Source: Methanobacteriota archaeon
Lineage (GTDB): Archaea > Thermoplasmatota > Thermoplasmata > SG8-5 > DAIRED01
Direction: 5' to 3'
Assembly: GCA_043799545.1 (NCBI GenBank)
Contig: JAZDNO010000006.1
Location: forward strand, 32,001-96,000
DNA length: 64,000 nucleotides
This document shows positions 45,257 through 54,710 of the stretch, piece after piece; the stretch's first letter is position 1, and each line of letters opens with the position of its first letter. The position numbers and the translations under genes were made by a program. The notes beneath the pieces were generated by a model that was given only the letters and a program-made list of their open reading frames with translations, was not told the origin of the DNA and did not search any database.

Positions 45257-48200
45257 AGATAAAGAGGAAGTTCGACCTGGAGGACCTGGCCAAGGCGGGT
45301 TTGGCCGACATGAACAGCGAGAACCCGCAGCTGATTTTCGGTCTGGCGACTTGCGGAATCGCGGCCGGCGGGATGCCGCTCAAGGAATACGCCGAGGAAT
45401 ACCTGTCGGTTAAAAACCCCAACGCCGAGATAGTCTCAGTGGGCTGCATCGGCATGTGCCACGCGGAACCGCTGGTGGACGTCAAGCTGCCGGGGAGGCC
45501 GAGGGTCACGTACCACAATATGACGGTTGAGAAGTTGAAGCGGGTCATGGACGAGCATCTTCTCGGGGGAAAGCCGGCCAAGGACCTGGCGCTGGCCCAG
45601 CTATCGGAGGAGATGTCCGAGTGCGTCGACGGCGTCCTGAAGTTCGACTCGAAATACGAGGGGATTCCGACCTATCGGGAGCTGCCCTTCTTCACCAAAC
45701 AGAAGAGGATTGTCCTGAGAAACTGCGGGATAGTCAATCCCGAAAGCCTGAAGGAGTACATTGCCAGGGGCGGCTACAAGAGCGCGTTCGCGATGCTTCA
45801 GGAGATGAAGCCCGAAGAGGTCATCGGCATCGTGAAGAAATCCGGCATAAGGGGCAGGGGCGGGGCGGGTTTCCCGACGGGGCTGAAGTGGGAGCTGTGC
45901 GCCAAAGCGCCTGGGGACGTGAAGTACATCATATGCAACGCGGACGAGGGCGACCCTGGCGCGTACATGGACCGGGCCGTGCTCGAAGGGGACCCGCACA
46001 GCGTCATCGAGGGGATGATAATCGGCGCCTACGCCATGGGCGCGTCAGAGGGCTTCGTCTACGTTAGGACGGAGTATCCGCTCGCCATCAAGCATTTGAA
46101 GCTGGCATTGGCCCAGGCTGAGAGCCACGGGCTCCTCGGCGAGAGAATTCTGGGAACGGACTTCAACTTCCAGATACACATCCGGGAAGGGGCGGGCGTG
46201 TTCGTCTGCGGCGAGGAGACGGCGCTCATGCATTCGATAGAAGGCAAGCGCGGGGAGCCGAGGCCCAGGCCGCCGTTCCCGGCGTCCAGCGGCCTGTGGG
46301 GCAAGCCCACCAACATCAACAATGTCGAGACGTGGGCCAACATCCCGCTCATCATGCAGAGGGGCGGGGCCTGGTTCGCGAAAATCGGGACCGAGAAGAG
46401 CACAGGGACGAAAGTATTCTCCCTTGTCGGCAAGATAAACCGGGCTGGCCTGGTGGAGGTGCCCGCGGGCATACCCCTGAAGGACATAGTGCACGAGATG
46501 GGGGGCGGTTGCCCCGACGGGAGGAAGGTCAAGGCCGTGCAGACGGGCGGGCCGTCCGGCGGTTGCATACCCGTCGAGCATCTGGACGTCACGGTGGATT
46601 ACGAGAACCTGAAGGCGCTGGGCTCCATCGTTGGGTCCGGTGGAATGGTCGTAATGGACGAGGACACGTGCATGGTCGACGTGGCTAGGTACTTCCTCTC
46701 TTTCACATCCGAAGAATCTTGCGGGAAATGCACTCCCTGCCGCGTCGGAACCAAGAGGATGCTGGAGCTGCTCCAGAAGATATGCCACGGCCAAGGCACT
46801 CCAGAGGATGTGCAGGTATTGGAGAACCTGTCCATCCAGGTGAGGGATGCGTCGCTTTGCGCGCTCGGCGGCACCGCGCCGAACCCGGTCCTCACCACTC
46901 TGAAATACTTCAGGCACGAGTACATGTCCCACGTCGAGGACGGCAAGTGCAAGGCGAGCGTGTGCGCGGCCATGTTCAAGTCGCCGTGCCAGAACACCTG
47001 CCCGGCCGGCACGAACGTCCCGGGATACATCCAGCTGATAAACGAGGGCAAGCTCGTTGAGGCCTACCAGGTGAACCTCGAGAACAACCCGTTCCCCTCG
47101 GTTTGCGGGCGCGTTTGCGAGCACCCATGCGAGGCAAGGTGCCAGCGCGGCCAGCTGGACGAGTCGATTGCCATCAGGGACCTTAAGAGGGTATGCTCCG
47201 ACGGCTTCGCCAAGTCCAAGAAGGCGCCGAAGGTTTCGAAGCTCAAACCCGTGGGGAAGAAGGTCGCCATAGTCGGCGGCGGGCCGTCGGGCATGTCGGC
47301 GGCGTACTTCCTCGCCCGCCTGGGCTACTTGCCGACCGTGTTCGAATCGGCCGAGAGGGCGGGGGGCTGGATGCGCTACGGGATACCGCGCTACAGGCTG
47401 CCGCACGAGGTGATCGACCGGGAGATAAAGAACATCGTCGACCTGGGCGTGGAATTGAAGACCGGCGTCGCCGTAGGCAGGGACGTGACTTTGCCCGAAC
47501 TCAAGAAGAAGTATGACGCGGTGTACCTAGCCATCGGGGCACAGCTCGATAAAAAGCTCGGGCTGGAGGGCGAGGACCTGCCCGGCGTGTTGCCAGGGCT
47601 CCAGGTGTTGAGGGATGTCAACGGCGGCAAGAAGGTCGACATCGGAAGGCACACGCTCATCATCGGTGGGGGCAACGTCGCTGTGGACGTGGCAAGAACC
47701 GCCGTGCGTGTGGGCGCCAAGGTGACGATTTGCTACAGGCGCGAGGAGCAGGACATGCCCGCCTACCGTGAAGAGGTAGAGCAGTGCAAGCAGGAGGGCG
47801 TCACTTACCACTTCCTCGTGGCGCCGGAGAAGCTAATCGTCCAGAAGGGAAGGGTCGTCGGAGCAGTGTTCAGGAAGAACTCGATTGGGGAGTTCAACAA
47901 GCACGGCCGCAGGGCGCCGGTGCCGACGGAAGAGACGCTGGAGGTCAAGGCCGACAGCATCATCGTGGCCATCGGGCAGGACGTCGACGAAGGCTTCGCA
48001 AAGGGATTCGACGGCGCGATTCTGGGCAAGGGCAAGCTCGTCGAGACCAAGAAAGGCCTGGCGACTAGCGACCCTAAGGTATTCGCCGGAGGGGACGCGG
48101 TCCTGGGGCCGGCGAGCGTCATCGAGGCCATAGGCCACGGAAAGCAGGCCGCGAGGAGCATCGACGCGATGCTCAGCGGGAAAGACAGGTTCCCCGAGCT

Positions 48201-48402
48201 GGAAGAGCACAACTTCGCGGGCTATTCCATGGCGGAGCCCAAGAACGAGCAGGAGATGCCGCGCCAGCATTCGGCGGAGGCCGAGGCTGCCAAGCGGATG
48301 TGCGGCTTCGACGAGGTGGTGATGTGCCTGGACGCGAAATGCGCCAAGAAAGAATCATCGAGATGTCTGAGGTGTGACCTCAGCGCAGTGGGGGATGATT
48401 AG
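45253..48402 (+). CDS. NuoF/HydB-like flavoprotein fused to a GltD/NfnB-like FAD/NAD(P)H oxidoreductase
   Basis: GRGGAGFPTG, NADEGDPG, CGEETAL, CGKCTPCR; then CQNTCP, CGRVCEHPCE, GGGPSG, GGGNVA..YRR, RCLRCD. Confidence 0.92.
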   Translation: MKIKRKFDLEDLAKAGLADMNSENPQLIFGLATCGIAAGGMPLKEYAEEYLSVKNPNAEIVSVGCIGMCHAEPLVDVKLPGRPRVTYHNMTVEKLKRVMDEHLLGGKPAKDLALAQLSEEMSECVDGVLKFDSKYEGIPTYRELPFFTKQKRIVLRNCGIVNPESLKEYIARGGYKSAFAMLQEMKPEEVIGIVKKSGIRGRGGAGFPTGLKWELCAKAPGDVKYIICNADEGDPGAYMDRAVLEGDPHSVIEGMIIGAYAMGASEGFVYVRTEYPLAIKHLKLALAQAESHGLLGERILGTDFNFQIHIREGAGVFVCGEETALMHSIEGKRGEPRPRPPFPASSGLWGKPTNINNVETWANIPLIMQRGGAWFAKIGTEKSTGTKVFSLVGKINRAGLVEVPAGIPLKDIVHEMGGGCPDGRKVKAVQTGGPSGGCIPVEHLDVTVDYENLKALGSIVGSGGMVVMDEDTCMVDVARYFLSFTSEESCGKCTPCRVGTKRMLELLQKICHGQGTPEDVQVLENLSIQVRDASLCALGGTAPNPVLTTLKYFRHEYMSHVEDGKCKASVCAAMFKSPCQNTCPAGTNVPGYIQLINEGKLVEAYQVNLENNPFPSVCGRVCEHPCEARCQRGQLDESIAIRDLKRVCSDGFAKSKKAPKVSKLKPVGKKVAIVGGGPSGMSAAYFLARLGYLPTVFESAERAGGWMRYGIPRYRLPHEVIDREIKNIVDLGVELKTGVAVGRDVTLPELKKKYDAVYLAIGAQLDKKLGLEGEDLPGVLPGLQVLRDVNGGKKVDIGRHTLIIGGGNVAVDVARTAVRVGAKVTICYRREEQDMPAYREEVEQCKQEGVTYHFLVAPEKLIVQKGRVVGAVFRKNSIGEFNKHGRRAPVPTEETLEVKADSIIVAIGQDVDEGFAKGFDGAILGKGKLVETKKGLATSDPKVFAGGDAVLGPASVIEAIGHGKQAARSIDAMLSGKDRFPELEEHNFAGYSMAEPKNEQEMPRQHSAEAEAAKRMCGFDEVVMCLDAKCAKKESSRCLRCDLSAVGDD

Positions 48403-49083
48403 ATGCCTTCAGGCGTGATGATTGAGATTGTAGTTGACGGCAAGAAGATACATTGCCAGCCTAACCAGACGGTGCTGGAAGTCGCCAAGGCGAACAACAT
48501 CAGCATCCCGACGATGTGCCTGAACCCTCTGTTTCCGGGGCACAAGGTGGGTGCGTGCAGGATGTGCCTCGTGGAGATAACGGGGGGCGGGAGGCCTGGG
48601 CTGCAACCGAGCTGCACGCTGCCTGTCTCGTCGGGTCTGGCCATGTCCACATGCAGCGATGCAGTGTACAACGCCAGGCGGACTGTGGTGGAGCTGATGC
48701 TGACGGAGCACGTGCAGAAATGCCGCGACTGCCCCATCAGCGGTGACTGCAACTTCGCCAGGCTGTGCAGGGACTACGACGTCAACGGCGTCCCGGTCTG
48801 CGCGGAATGCCCCAACCAGAGGGAGGGCTGCCTGCTCAAGCGCGGAGTCCTCTGCGTCGGGCCGATAACGTACGCCAACTGCAACGCCTACTGCACCCGG
48901 CAGGGGTACAGATGCGAGGGTTGCCACTCCGTGATGGTGCACGACGACATACTGAAGTTCGGCATCAGGGCATTCAAGGACGCTGGCTTCAAGGCCAAGG
49001 ACATAGTGGAGGCAGCGAAAGTCTTCTCGTACGACAGCGTCAAAAGGGTCGAGAAGGCGCTGAAAGAGGAGGGGATGAAATGA
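48403..49083 (+). CDS. Hybrid subunit: HydA/NuoG N-terminal [2Fe-2S] and His-ligated [4Fe-4S] domains fused to the distal-cluster domain of a [NiFe] small subunit
   Basis: IPTMC..GACRMC..SC, EHVQKCRDC..GDC; then PVCAEC..CL..C.GPIT.A.C.A.C..C.GC. Confidence 0.85.
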   Translation: MPSGVMIEIVVDGKKIHCQPNQTVLEVAKANNISIPTMCLNPLFPGHKVGACRMCLVEITGGGRPGLQPSCTLPVSSGLAMSTCSDAVYNARRTVVELMLTEHVQKCRDCPISGDCNFARLCRDYDVNGVPVCAECPNQREGCLLKRGVLCVGPITYANCNAYCTRQGYRCEGCHSVMVHDDILKFGIRAFKDAGFKAKDIVEAAKVFSYDSVKRVEKALKEEGMK

Positions 49084-50375
49084 GCGAAAAGAACGTCCGC
49101 GTTGAGCATCTGACAAGGGTGGAGGGGCATGGCAACATCATCCTCAACTCCAAGAACGGCAAGTTGGAGAAGGTGGTCTGGGAGGTCTCGGAGGCTCCGA
49201 GGCTTTTCGAGGCCTTCGTGAGGGGGAAGCCCTATAGCCAGCTCGCGCAAATCACATCGAGGATATGCGGGATATGCTCCATCGGTCACACGATGGCATC
49301 TCTGAAGGCGACGGAGGCGGCGATGGGGATTGAAATATCCGAGCAGAGCGAGAAGCTCAGGCGGCTCGCGATGCACGGGGAGAACCTCCAGAGCCACGTT
49401 CTTCACGTGGGATACCTCGTCGCTCCAGACCTGTTCGGCGTGGGCAGCGTCGTTCCGCTAGTCGGAACCCACACCGACACCGTCCTGGCGATAATCAAAC
49501 TGCACAAGACGGCGAACGAGTTCTCGGACATGATATGCGGCCGGACGACGCACCCGACCAACCTGGTTCCAGGCGGGCTGTGGAAAACGCCCTCGCCACT
49601 GAAGCTTAGGAGCATGAGGCAGAAGCTCCTGGAGATGGTGCCTACGGCGAATGCTGTCGCCGAGGTGGTGCTGGCAAATGCGGGAGCCCTGCCGAATTTC
49701 ACGAGGGAGACGGAATTCATCGGCTTGGTGTCCAAGGACGAGTACGCGCTCTACGACGGCGACGTCGGCTCGACGGACGGCGGAACCTTCCCCGTGTCGT
49801 CGTACAGGACGATAGTCAACGAGTTCGTAGTACCCCAGTCCACCGCGAAGTACACGAAGCACAAGCGCGACTCTTTCATGGTCGGAGCCCTGGCCAGGTA
49901 CAACCTCAACTCCAAGAAGTTGTCTCCGATGGCGAAGGATTGGGCGGACAGGTTCGGCCTCAAACCGGTATGCCACAACCCGTTCATGAACAACGTGGCC
50001 CAGCTGGTCGAGGTGTTCAATTCCGTCGAGGATTCGATCGCGATAATCGACAGCCTGCTCGGCAAGTACGCCGACGAGCCCAGGCCAAAGATTAAACCGA
50101 AGGCCGGGAGCGGCGTTGGGGCGGTGGAGGTTCCGCGCGGTATACTCTTCCACGACTACACGTACGATGCCAACGGCCTGTGCACCAAGGCGAACTGCGT
50201 CATACCGACGAACCAGAACCACAACAACATCCAAAAGGACATGGAGGCGTTCGCGCCCACGCTCCTCGACAGGCCGGAAAAGGAGATCGAGCTAAACCTC
50301 GAGATGCTCGTGCGCGCCTACGACCCGTGCATCTCCTGCTCGACGCATTATTTAAAGGTCAAATTCGTGCGTTGA
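49080..50375 (+). CDS. Group 3b-like [NiFe] hydrogenase large subunit (hybrid operon)
   Basis: TRVEGHG, L1 RICGICSIGH, EVPRG, L2 DPCISCSTH plus an 8-aa tail. Confidence 0.95.
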   Translation: MSEKNVRVEHLTRVEGHGNIILNSKNGKLEKVVWEVSEAPRLFEAFVRGKPYSQLAQITSRICGICSIGHTMASLKATEAAMGIEISEQSEKLRRLAMHGENLQSHVLHVGYLVAPDLFGVGSVVPLVGTHTDTVLAIIKLHKTANEFSDMICGRTTHPTNLVPGGLWKTPSPLKLRSMRQKLLEMVPTANAVAEVVLANAGALPNFTRETEFIGLVSKDEYALYDGDVGSTDGGTFPVSSYRTIVNEFVVPQSTAKYTKHKRDSFMVGALARYNLNSKKLSPMAKDWADRFGLKPVCHNPFMNNVAQLVEVFNSVEDSIAIIDSLLGKYADEPRPKIKPKAGSGVGAVEVPRGILFHDYTYDANGLCTKANCVIPTNQNHNNIQKDMEAFAPTLLDRPEKEIELNLEMLVRAYDPCISCSTHYLKVKFVR

Positions 50376-50478
50376 GCCGGCAAGCAACGGCCACGGAATC
50401 CTTGGACCGCCTTGCGTTATGGTGCATATTCAATGGTCGGTGTGGCAGGGGAAGCTATCGGAGGCGCCACAGTCGAAA

Positions 50479-50530
50479 TGTAGCAATTCTTTTATAAGAT
50501 GAAGCGTTTGGTCTTTTTCAATTTGCTACA
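50479..50530 (+). promoter_or_regulatory. Inverted repeat flanking the TATA box of the second hydrogenase operon
   Basis: TGTAGCAA (50479-50486) and TTGCTACA (50523-50530) around TTTTATAA (50490-50497). Confidence 0.5.
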
Positions 50531-50592
50531 CCCGCCTGTGACGAATATGCGCGCGGGTCGGGCATCCCGCAGATCGTTTGGAGGTGTAGTGT

Positions 50593-52521
50593 TTGAAGAT
50601 AATACAAAAGGATGATTTCAAAGGGTTTGTGAACGCGCTGATAAAGGACAGCGGCATGGACGTTGAAGGCGTGAAGGCGAAGGGCCCGAAGTTCGCCTTC
50701 GGGCCGCTGGACAGCGCCGACGAGCTCAGGCTCGATTACGACGTCACGCTCCTGCCCCCGAAAAAGTATTTCCTGCCTCAGTACGAACAGTTGATGACCT
50801 TCGATTTGTCGAGCCCGTTCTCTGTCACCAGAGCCGAATACCCGCGCCGCAAGCTCATCATCGGCGTTCATCCCTACGATATTGTCGCGATTAGGCAGAT
50901 GGATAGCTATTTCCTCGACACGGATGTATCGGCCAGCTACCTCAGGAGGAAGAAGAACATACTCATCATCGGCTGCGATGTCATGCGCGTGCAGGACAAG
51001 GCCTTCTTCGGCTCGATGGGCACGGGGATGGTGCATTCTGGATACGACCTCTTCCTGACCGACCTGGGCGAGAAGGTGGCCATCGAGGTCGGAACTGAAG
51101 CGGGAAGCGACCTGCTCAGGTTCGCGACGAATGTGAGGGAGGCCACCCCGGTCGAGGTCCAGAAGGTCAAGGCGATGAGGGAGGCCACCGCGCTGAAGGC
51201 GACGCGCGGCCTGATGGTGAAGCCGAATGGCTGGCACGACCTGCTGGAGAAGGACTACGAGAGCGAGGTCTGGAAGAAGCAATCCGACAAATGCCTGGCT
51301 TGCGGCACGTGCACGCTGGTCTGCCCGACGTGCTTCTGCTACGACGTCAAGGACGACATACACCTGACTTTAAAGACAGGCGAACGGTCTAGGACGTGGG
51401 ACGGTTGCTTGCTCCGCCGGTTCACCGAGATAGGGTCCGGGGAGATATTCAGGGACGACATCCTCGACAGGTACAGGCACAGGATTCACAGGAAGGGTCG
51501 GTACCTCCCCGACCGATTGGGGTTCGTAGCCTGCGTGGGATGCGGTCGCTGCTCGAGCCAGTGCGTCCCGGACATTGCAGACCCGGTCAACCTAATTAAC
51601 ATGCTGTTCGAGGCGTCGCCGCACCTGGTAACCGATTCGCTTTCCGACCCGCACACCGTGAAGACAGACTTCACGAATCTCCCCGAGGGCGACACGGCCA
51701 AGATGCTCCACATGCCTGTGCCGGCAACCATCAATAGGGTTGAGAAGCTCACGGCGAAGGAGACTCTGTTCGAGATATCTCTCGACGACGGGAAGGCGCT
51801 CGGTCACGTGCCCGGCCAGTTCGTCGAGGTCTCAATCGCCGGCATGGGAGAATCCCCGATATCCGTTTCGTCAGCGCCGGGAACCAAGACCTTCGAGCTG
51901 GTAGTCAGGAAGGTCGGAGACGTCACGAGCAAGCTCCACACCATGAAGGCGGGAGATAAAATAGGAATCCGCGGGCCGTTCGGAAAGGGCTTCGACACCG
52001 AGGGTTTGAAGGGGAAGAACCTGCTCTTCATCGGGGCTGGCCTGGGCATGGTCCCGATGCGCTCCTTCATCAACCACGTGCTCAACAACCGCAAGGACTA
52101 CGGCGAGGTGACGATACTCTATGGATGCAAGGAACCGTGCGAGATGCTCTTCGCCAAGGAAATAGGGTCATGGGGGAAGCGCGATGACATACAGCACAAG
52201 AGGGCTGTCGACAAGTGCCCCGAAGGAGCGTGCTGGGACGGCGAGATAGGCGTCATAACGACGTTGCTGCCGAAGGTCAAATTCGATCCCAAGACGACGG
52301 TCGCCATCGTCGTCGGACCTCCGATCGTCTACAAATTCGTGAACAGGGACCTGCTCAAGCTCGGTGTGCCTGAGGAGAACATCGTCGTCTCCCTCGAAAG
52401 GCGCATGAAGTGCGGCGTCGGCAAGTGCGGGCACTGCCAGATGAACGGCATCTACGTATGCAAGGAAGGGCCAGTGTTCAATCTAAAGGACCTTAAGGGC
52501 GTGCAGGAGGCGTTCGAATGA
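50593..52521 (+). CDS. Fused beta (Fe-S) and gamma (FAD/NAD) subunits of a group 3b sulfhydrogenase (AsrA/AsrB-like)
   Basis: CLACGTCTLVCPTC.C and CVGCGRCSSQC; then PGQF, RGPFG.G, GAGLG..P, CGVGKCGHC...C. Confidence 0.9.
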   Translation: MKIIQKDDFKGFVNALIKDSGMDVEGVKAKGPKFAFGPLDSADELRLDYDVTLLPPKKYFLPQYEQLMTFDLSSPFSVTRAEYPRRKLIIGVHPYDIVAIRQMDSYFLDTDVSASYLRRKKNILIIGCDVMRVQDKAFFGSMGTGMVHSGYDLFLTDLGEKVAIEVGTEAGSDLLRFATNVREATPVEVQKVKAMREATALKATRGLMVKPNGWHDLLEKDYESEVWKKQSDKCLACGTCTLVCPTCFCYDVKDDIHLTLKTGERSRTWDGCLLRRFTEIGSGEIFRDDILDRYRHRIHRKGRYLPDRLGFVACVGCGRCSSQCVPDIADPVNLINMLFEASPHLVTDSLSDPHTVKTDFTNLPEGDTAKMLHMPVPATINRVEKLTAKETLFEISLDDGKALGHVPGQFVEVSIAGMGESPISVSSAPGTKTFELVVRKVGDVTSKLHTMKAGDKIGIRGPFGKGFDTEGLKGKNLLFIGAGLGMVPMRSFINHVLNNRKDYGEVTILYGCKEPCEMLFAKEIGSWGKRDDIQHKRAVDKCPEGACWDGEIGVITTLLPKVKFDPKTTVAIVVGPPIVYKFVNRDLLKLGVPEENIVVSLERRMKCGVGKCGHCQMNGIYVCKEGPVFNLKDLKGVQEAFE

Positions 52522-53294
52522 CCAAACCGCGAGTTGCGTTCTTCGACTTCTCGAGCTGCGAGGGCTGCCAGCTCCAGGTCGTCAACCTGGAGGAGGCCAT
52601 ACTGGATGTCGTCGGGCTCGTCGACATAGTCGAATTCAGGGAGGCCATGAAAGAATCCTCGACAGAATACGACATTGCAATTATCGAGGGGTCCATCGCA
52701 CGGCCGATGGACGTCGAGAGGATAAAGAAGATTAGGGAGAGGGCAAAGGTGCTAATCGCACTCGGGGCATGCGCCCACCTCGGCGGAGTACAGAGGATGG
52801 GCAACAAATGGACCGCTGAGGAGAACAAGGCAGAAGTCTATGCGAGACACCCCGGCTCCGAGGTGACAAAGGGCGATGCCAACCCCTATTTCGACCAGCC
52901 CAGGCACAGGGCCGTGGACGAGATTGTCAAAGTGGACTACACGATTCCGGGATGCCCCATAGACTCGAACGAGTTTGCGAAGGTTCTGATTGCTCTCCTG
53001 ACGGGCAAGAAGCCGCCTATTCCAGACTACCCAGTTTGCGTGGAGTGCAAGAAGAACGAGAACATCTGCCTCTTCACCATCGGGCAGTTCTGCATGGGGC
53101 CGATAGCTAGGGCCGGATGCGGCGCGATATGCCCGACCCACGGCGGCGAGTGCGAGGCGTGCCGAGGGTACGTGGACCACCCGCACACGCAAGCCCAGAC
53201 GGAAGTGCTAAAGAAGCACGGGCTGACGGTGGACGAAATCATGAACAGGAAGACAATGTACACTCACCGCTACGTCGAGGAGGGGAAACAATGA
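52518..53294 (+). CDS. Group 3b [NiFe] hydrogenase small (delta) subunit, complete
   Basis: SCEGC, GAC, PGCP, PVCVEC...C.GP...GC...CP....C..CRG. Confidence 0.93.
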   Translation: MTKPRVAFFDFSSCEGCQLQVVNLEEAILDVVGLVDIVEFREAMKESSTEYDIAIIEGSIARPMDVERIKKIRERAKVLIALGACAHLGGVQRMGNKWTAEENKAEVYARHPGSEVTKGDANPYFDQPRHRAVDEIVKVDYTIPGCPIDSNEFAKVLIALLTGKKPPIPDYPVCVECKKNENICLFTIGQFCMGPIARAGCGAICPTHGGECEACRGYVDHPHTQAQTEVLKKHGLTVDEIMNRKTMYTHRYVEEGKQ

Positions 53295-54589
53295 GCAACG
53301 TCAACATCAACGTCGAGCACCTGACAAGGGTCGAGGGCCACGGCAACATTGTGCTGAACGCGAAGGACGGCAAAATCGAGAAGGTGCAGTGGCAGGTTTC
53401 CGAGGCCCCGCGCTTCTTCGAATCGTTCGTCAGGGGGAGGCCATACAACGAGCTCAGCCACATCACCTCTAGGATTTGCGGCATCTGCTCCATCGGGCAT
53501 TCGCTCGCCTCCCTAAAGGCCACAGAAGCCGCAATGGGCATCCATACTTCGGAGCAGACCGAGATTCTCAGGCGGCTCGCGATACACGCGGAGAACATTC
53601 AGAGCCACGTTCTTCATGTGGGCTACCTGGTCGCTCCCGACTTGCTGGGGGCGCCGAGTGTGATTCCTCTTGCGGGCACGCACACTGGCGCAGTTCTGAA
53701 AATCGTCGGGTTGCACCGCTTGGCTAACGAGTACTCCAACATGATTTGCGGAAGGACAGTCCACCCGATCAGCCTCATCCCGGGCGGCTTCAGTCACATC
53801 CCTTCCGAGAAGCAGCTTAAGGGACTGAGGAAGAAGATTGCAGATGCGGTTCCTGATGTCGTCGCAGTCGCGGAGATAGTTCTGGCAAACGCGCACAAGC
53901 TACCGAACTTCTCTCGCGAAACGGAGTTCATAGCCCTCACGGCAGACGACGAATATGCCATCTACGACGGGGACATGGGCTCGACGGACGGCGGTCGCTG
54001 GCCGGTCGACAAATACCTTGAAATTACCAACGAATTCGTGGTCCCGCATTCGACGGCAAAGTTCACTAGGCACAAGCGCGAATCGTACATGGTCGGGGCG
54101 CTCGCACGCTTCAACCTCAACTACGACAAGCTGACCCCGGGGGCAAAGGAATGGGCCGGGAAATTCGGCCTGAAGCCAGTCAACCACAACCCGTTCATGA
54201 ACAGCGTCGCGCAGCTCGTGGAAACCGTGCACAGCTTCGAGGACTCGATAGCGCAAATCGACAAACTCATCGGGATGGGAATCGACGTCAACGAGAGGCC
54301 GAAGTTCGCAGTCAAGGCCGGTCATGGCGTGGGTGCGGTGGACGTGCCGAGGGGAATCCTCTTCCATGATTACACATACAACGACAAGGGCATTTGCACT
54401 AAAGCCAACTGCATCATCCCCACCAACCAGAACCACAACAACATAAACCAGGACTTCAAAGCGTTCGCGCCGACGATAATCGACAAGCCAGAGAAGGAAA
54501 TCGAGCTTCTGATGGAAATGCTGGTTCGCGCGTACGACCCGTGCATCTCCTGCTCGACGCACTACCTTGACGTGAAATTCGTGCGTTGA
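53291..54589 (+). CDS. Group 3b [NiFe] hydrogenase large (alpha) subunit, second copy
   Basis: TRVEGHG, RICGICSIGH, DVPRG, DPCISCSTHYLDVKFVR. Confidence 0.95.
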   Translation: MSNVNINVEHLTRVEGHGNIVLNAKDGKIEKVQWQVSEAPRFFESFVRGRPYNELSHITSRICGICSIGHSLASLKATEAAMGIHTSEQTEILRRLAIHAENIQSHVLHVGYLVAPDLLGAPSVIPLAGTHTGAVLKIVGLHRLANEYSNMICGRTVHPISLIPGGFSHIPSEKQLKGLRKKIADAVPDVVAVAEIVLANAHKLPNFSRETEFIALTADDEYAIYDGDMGSTDGGRWPVDKYLEITNEFVVPHSTAKFTRHKRESYMVGALARFNLNYDKLTPGAKEWAGKFGLKPVNHNPFMNSVAQLVETVHSFEDSIAQIDKLIGMGIDVNERPKFAVKAGHGVGAVDVPRGILFHDYTYNDKGICTKANCIIPTNQNHNNINQDFKAFAPTIIDKPEKEIELLMEMLVRAYDPCISCSTHYLDVKFVR

Positions 54590-54710
54590 TTGGATGTATC
54601 GCATTTCGAGAAAGCCGAAGCAGGAACCCAGGAGCGTCGGCCAGGGCACTAATAAACGTCGACAGGTTAAGGAAAGCCCGGGATTGCGACAATCGGTCAT
54701 CCGTGGCAAG

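Noticed and set aside
49080-54589. Possible selenocysteine in the hydrogenase large subunits
   Set aside because: Both L2 motifs are DPCISC with Cys codons and there is no in-frame TGA
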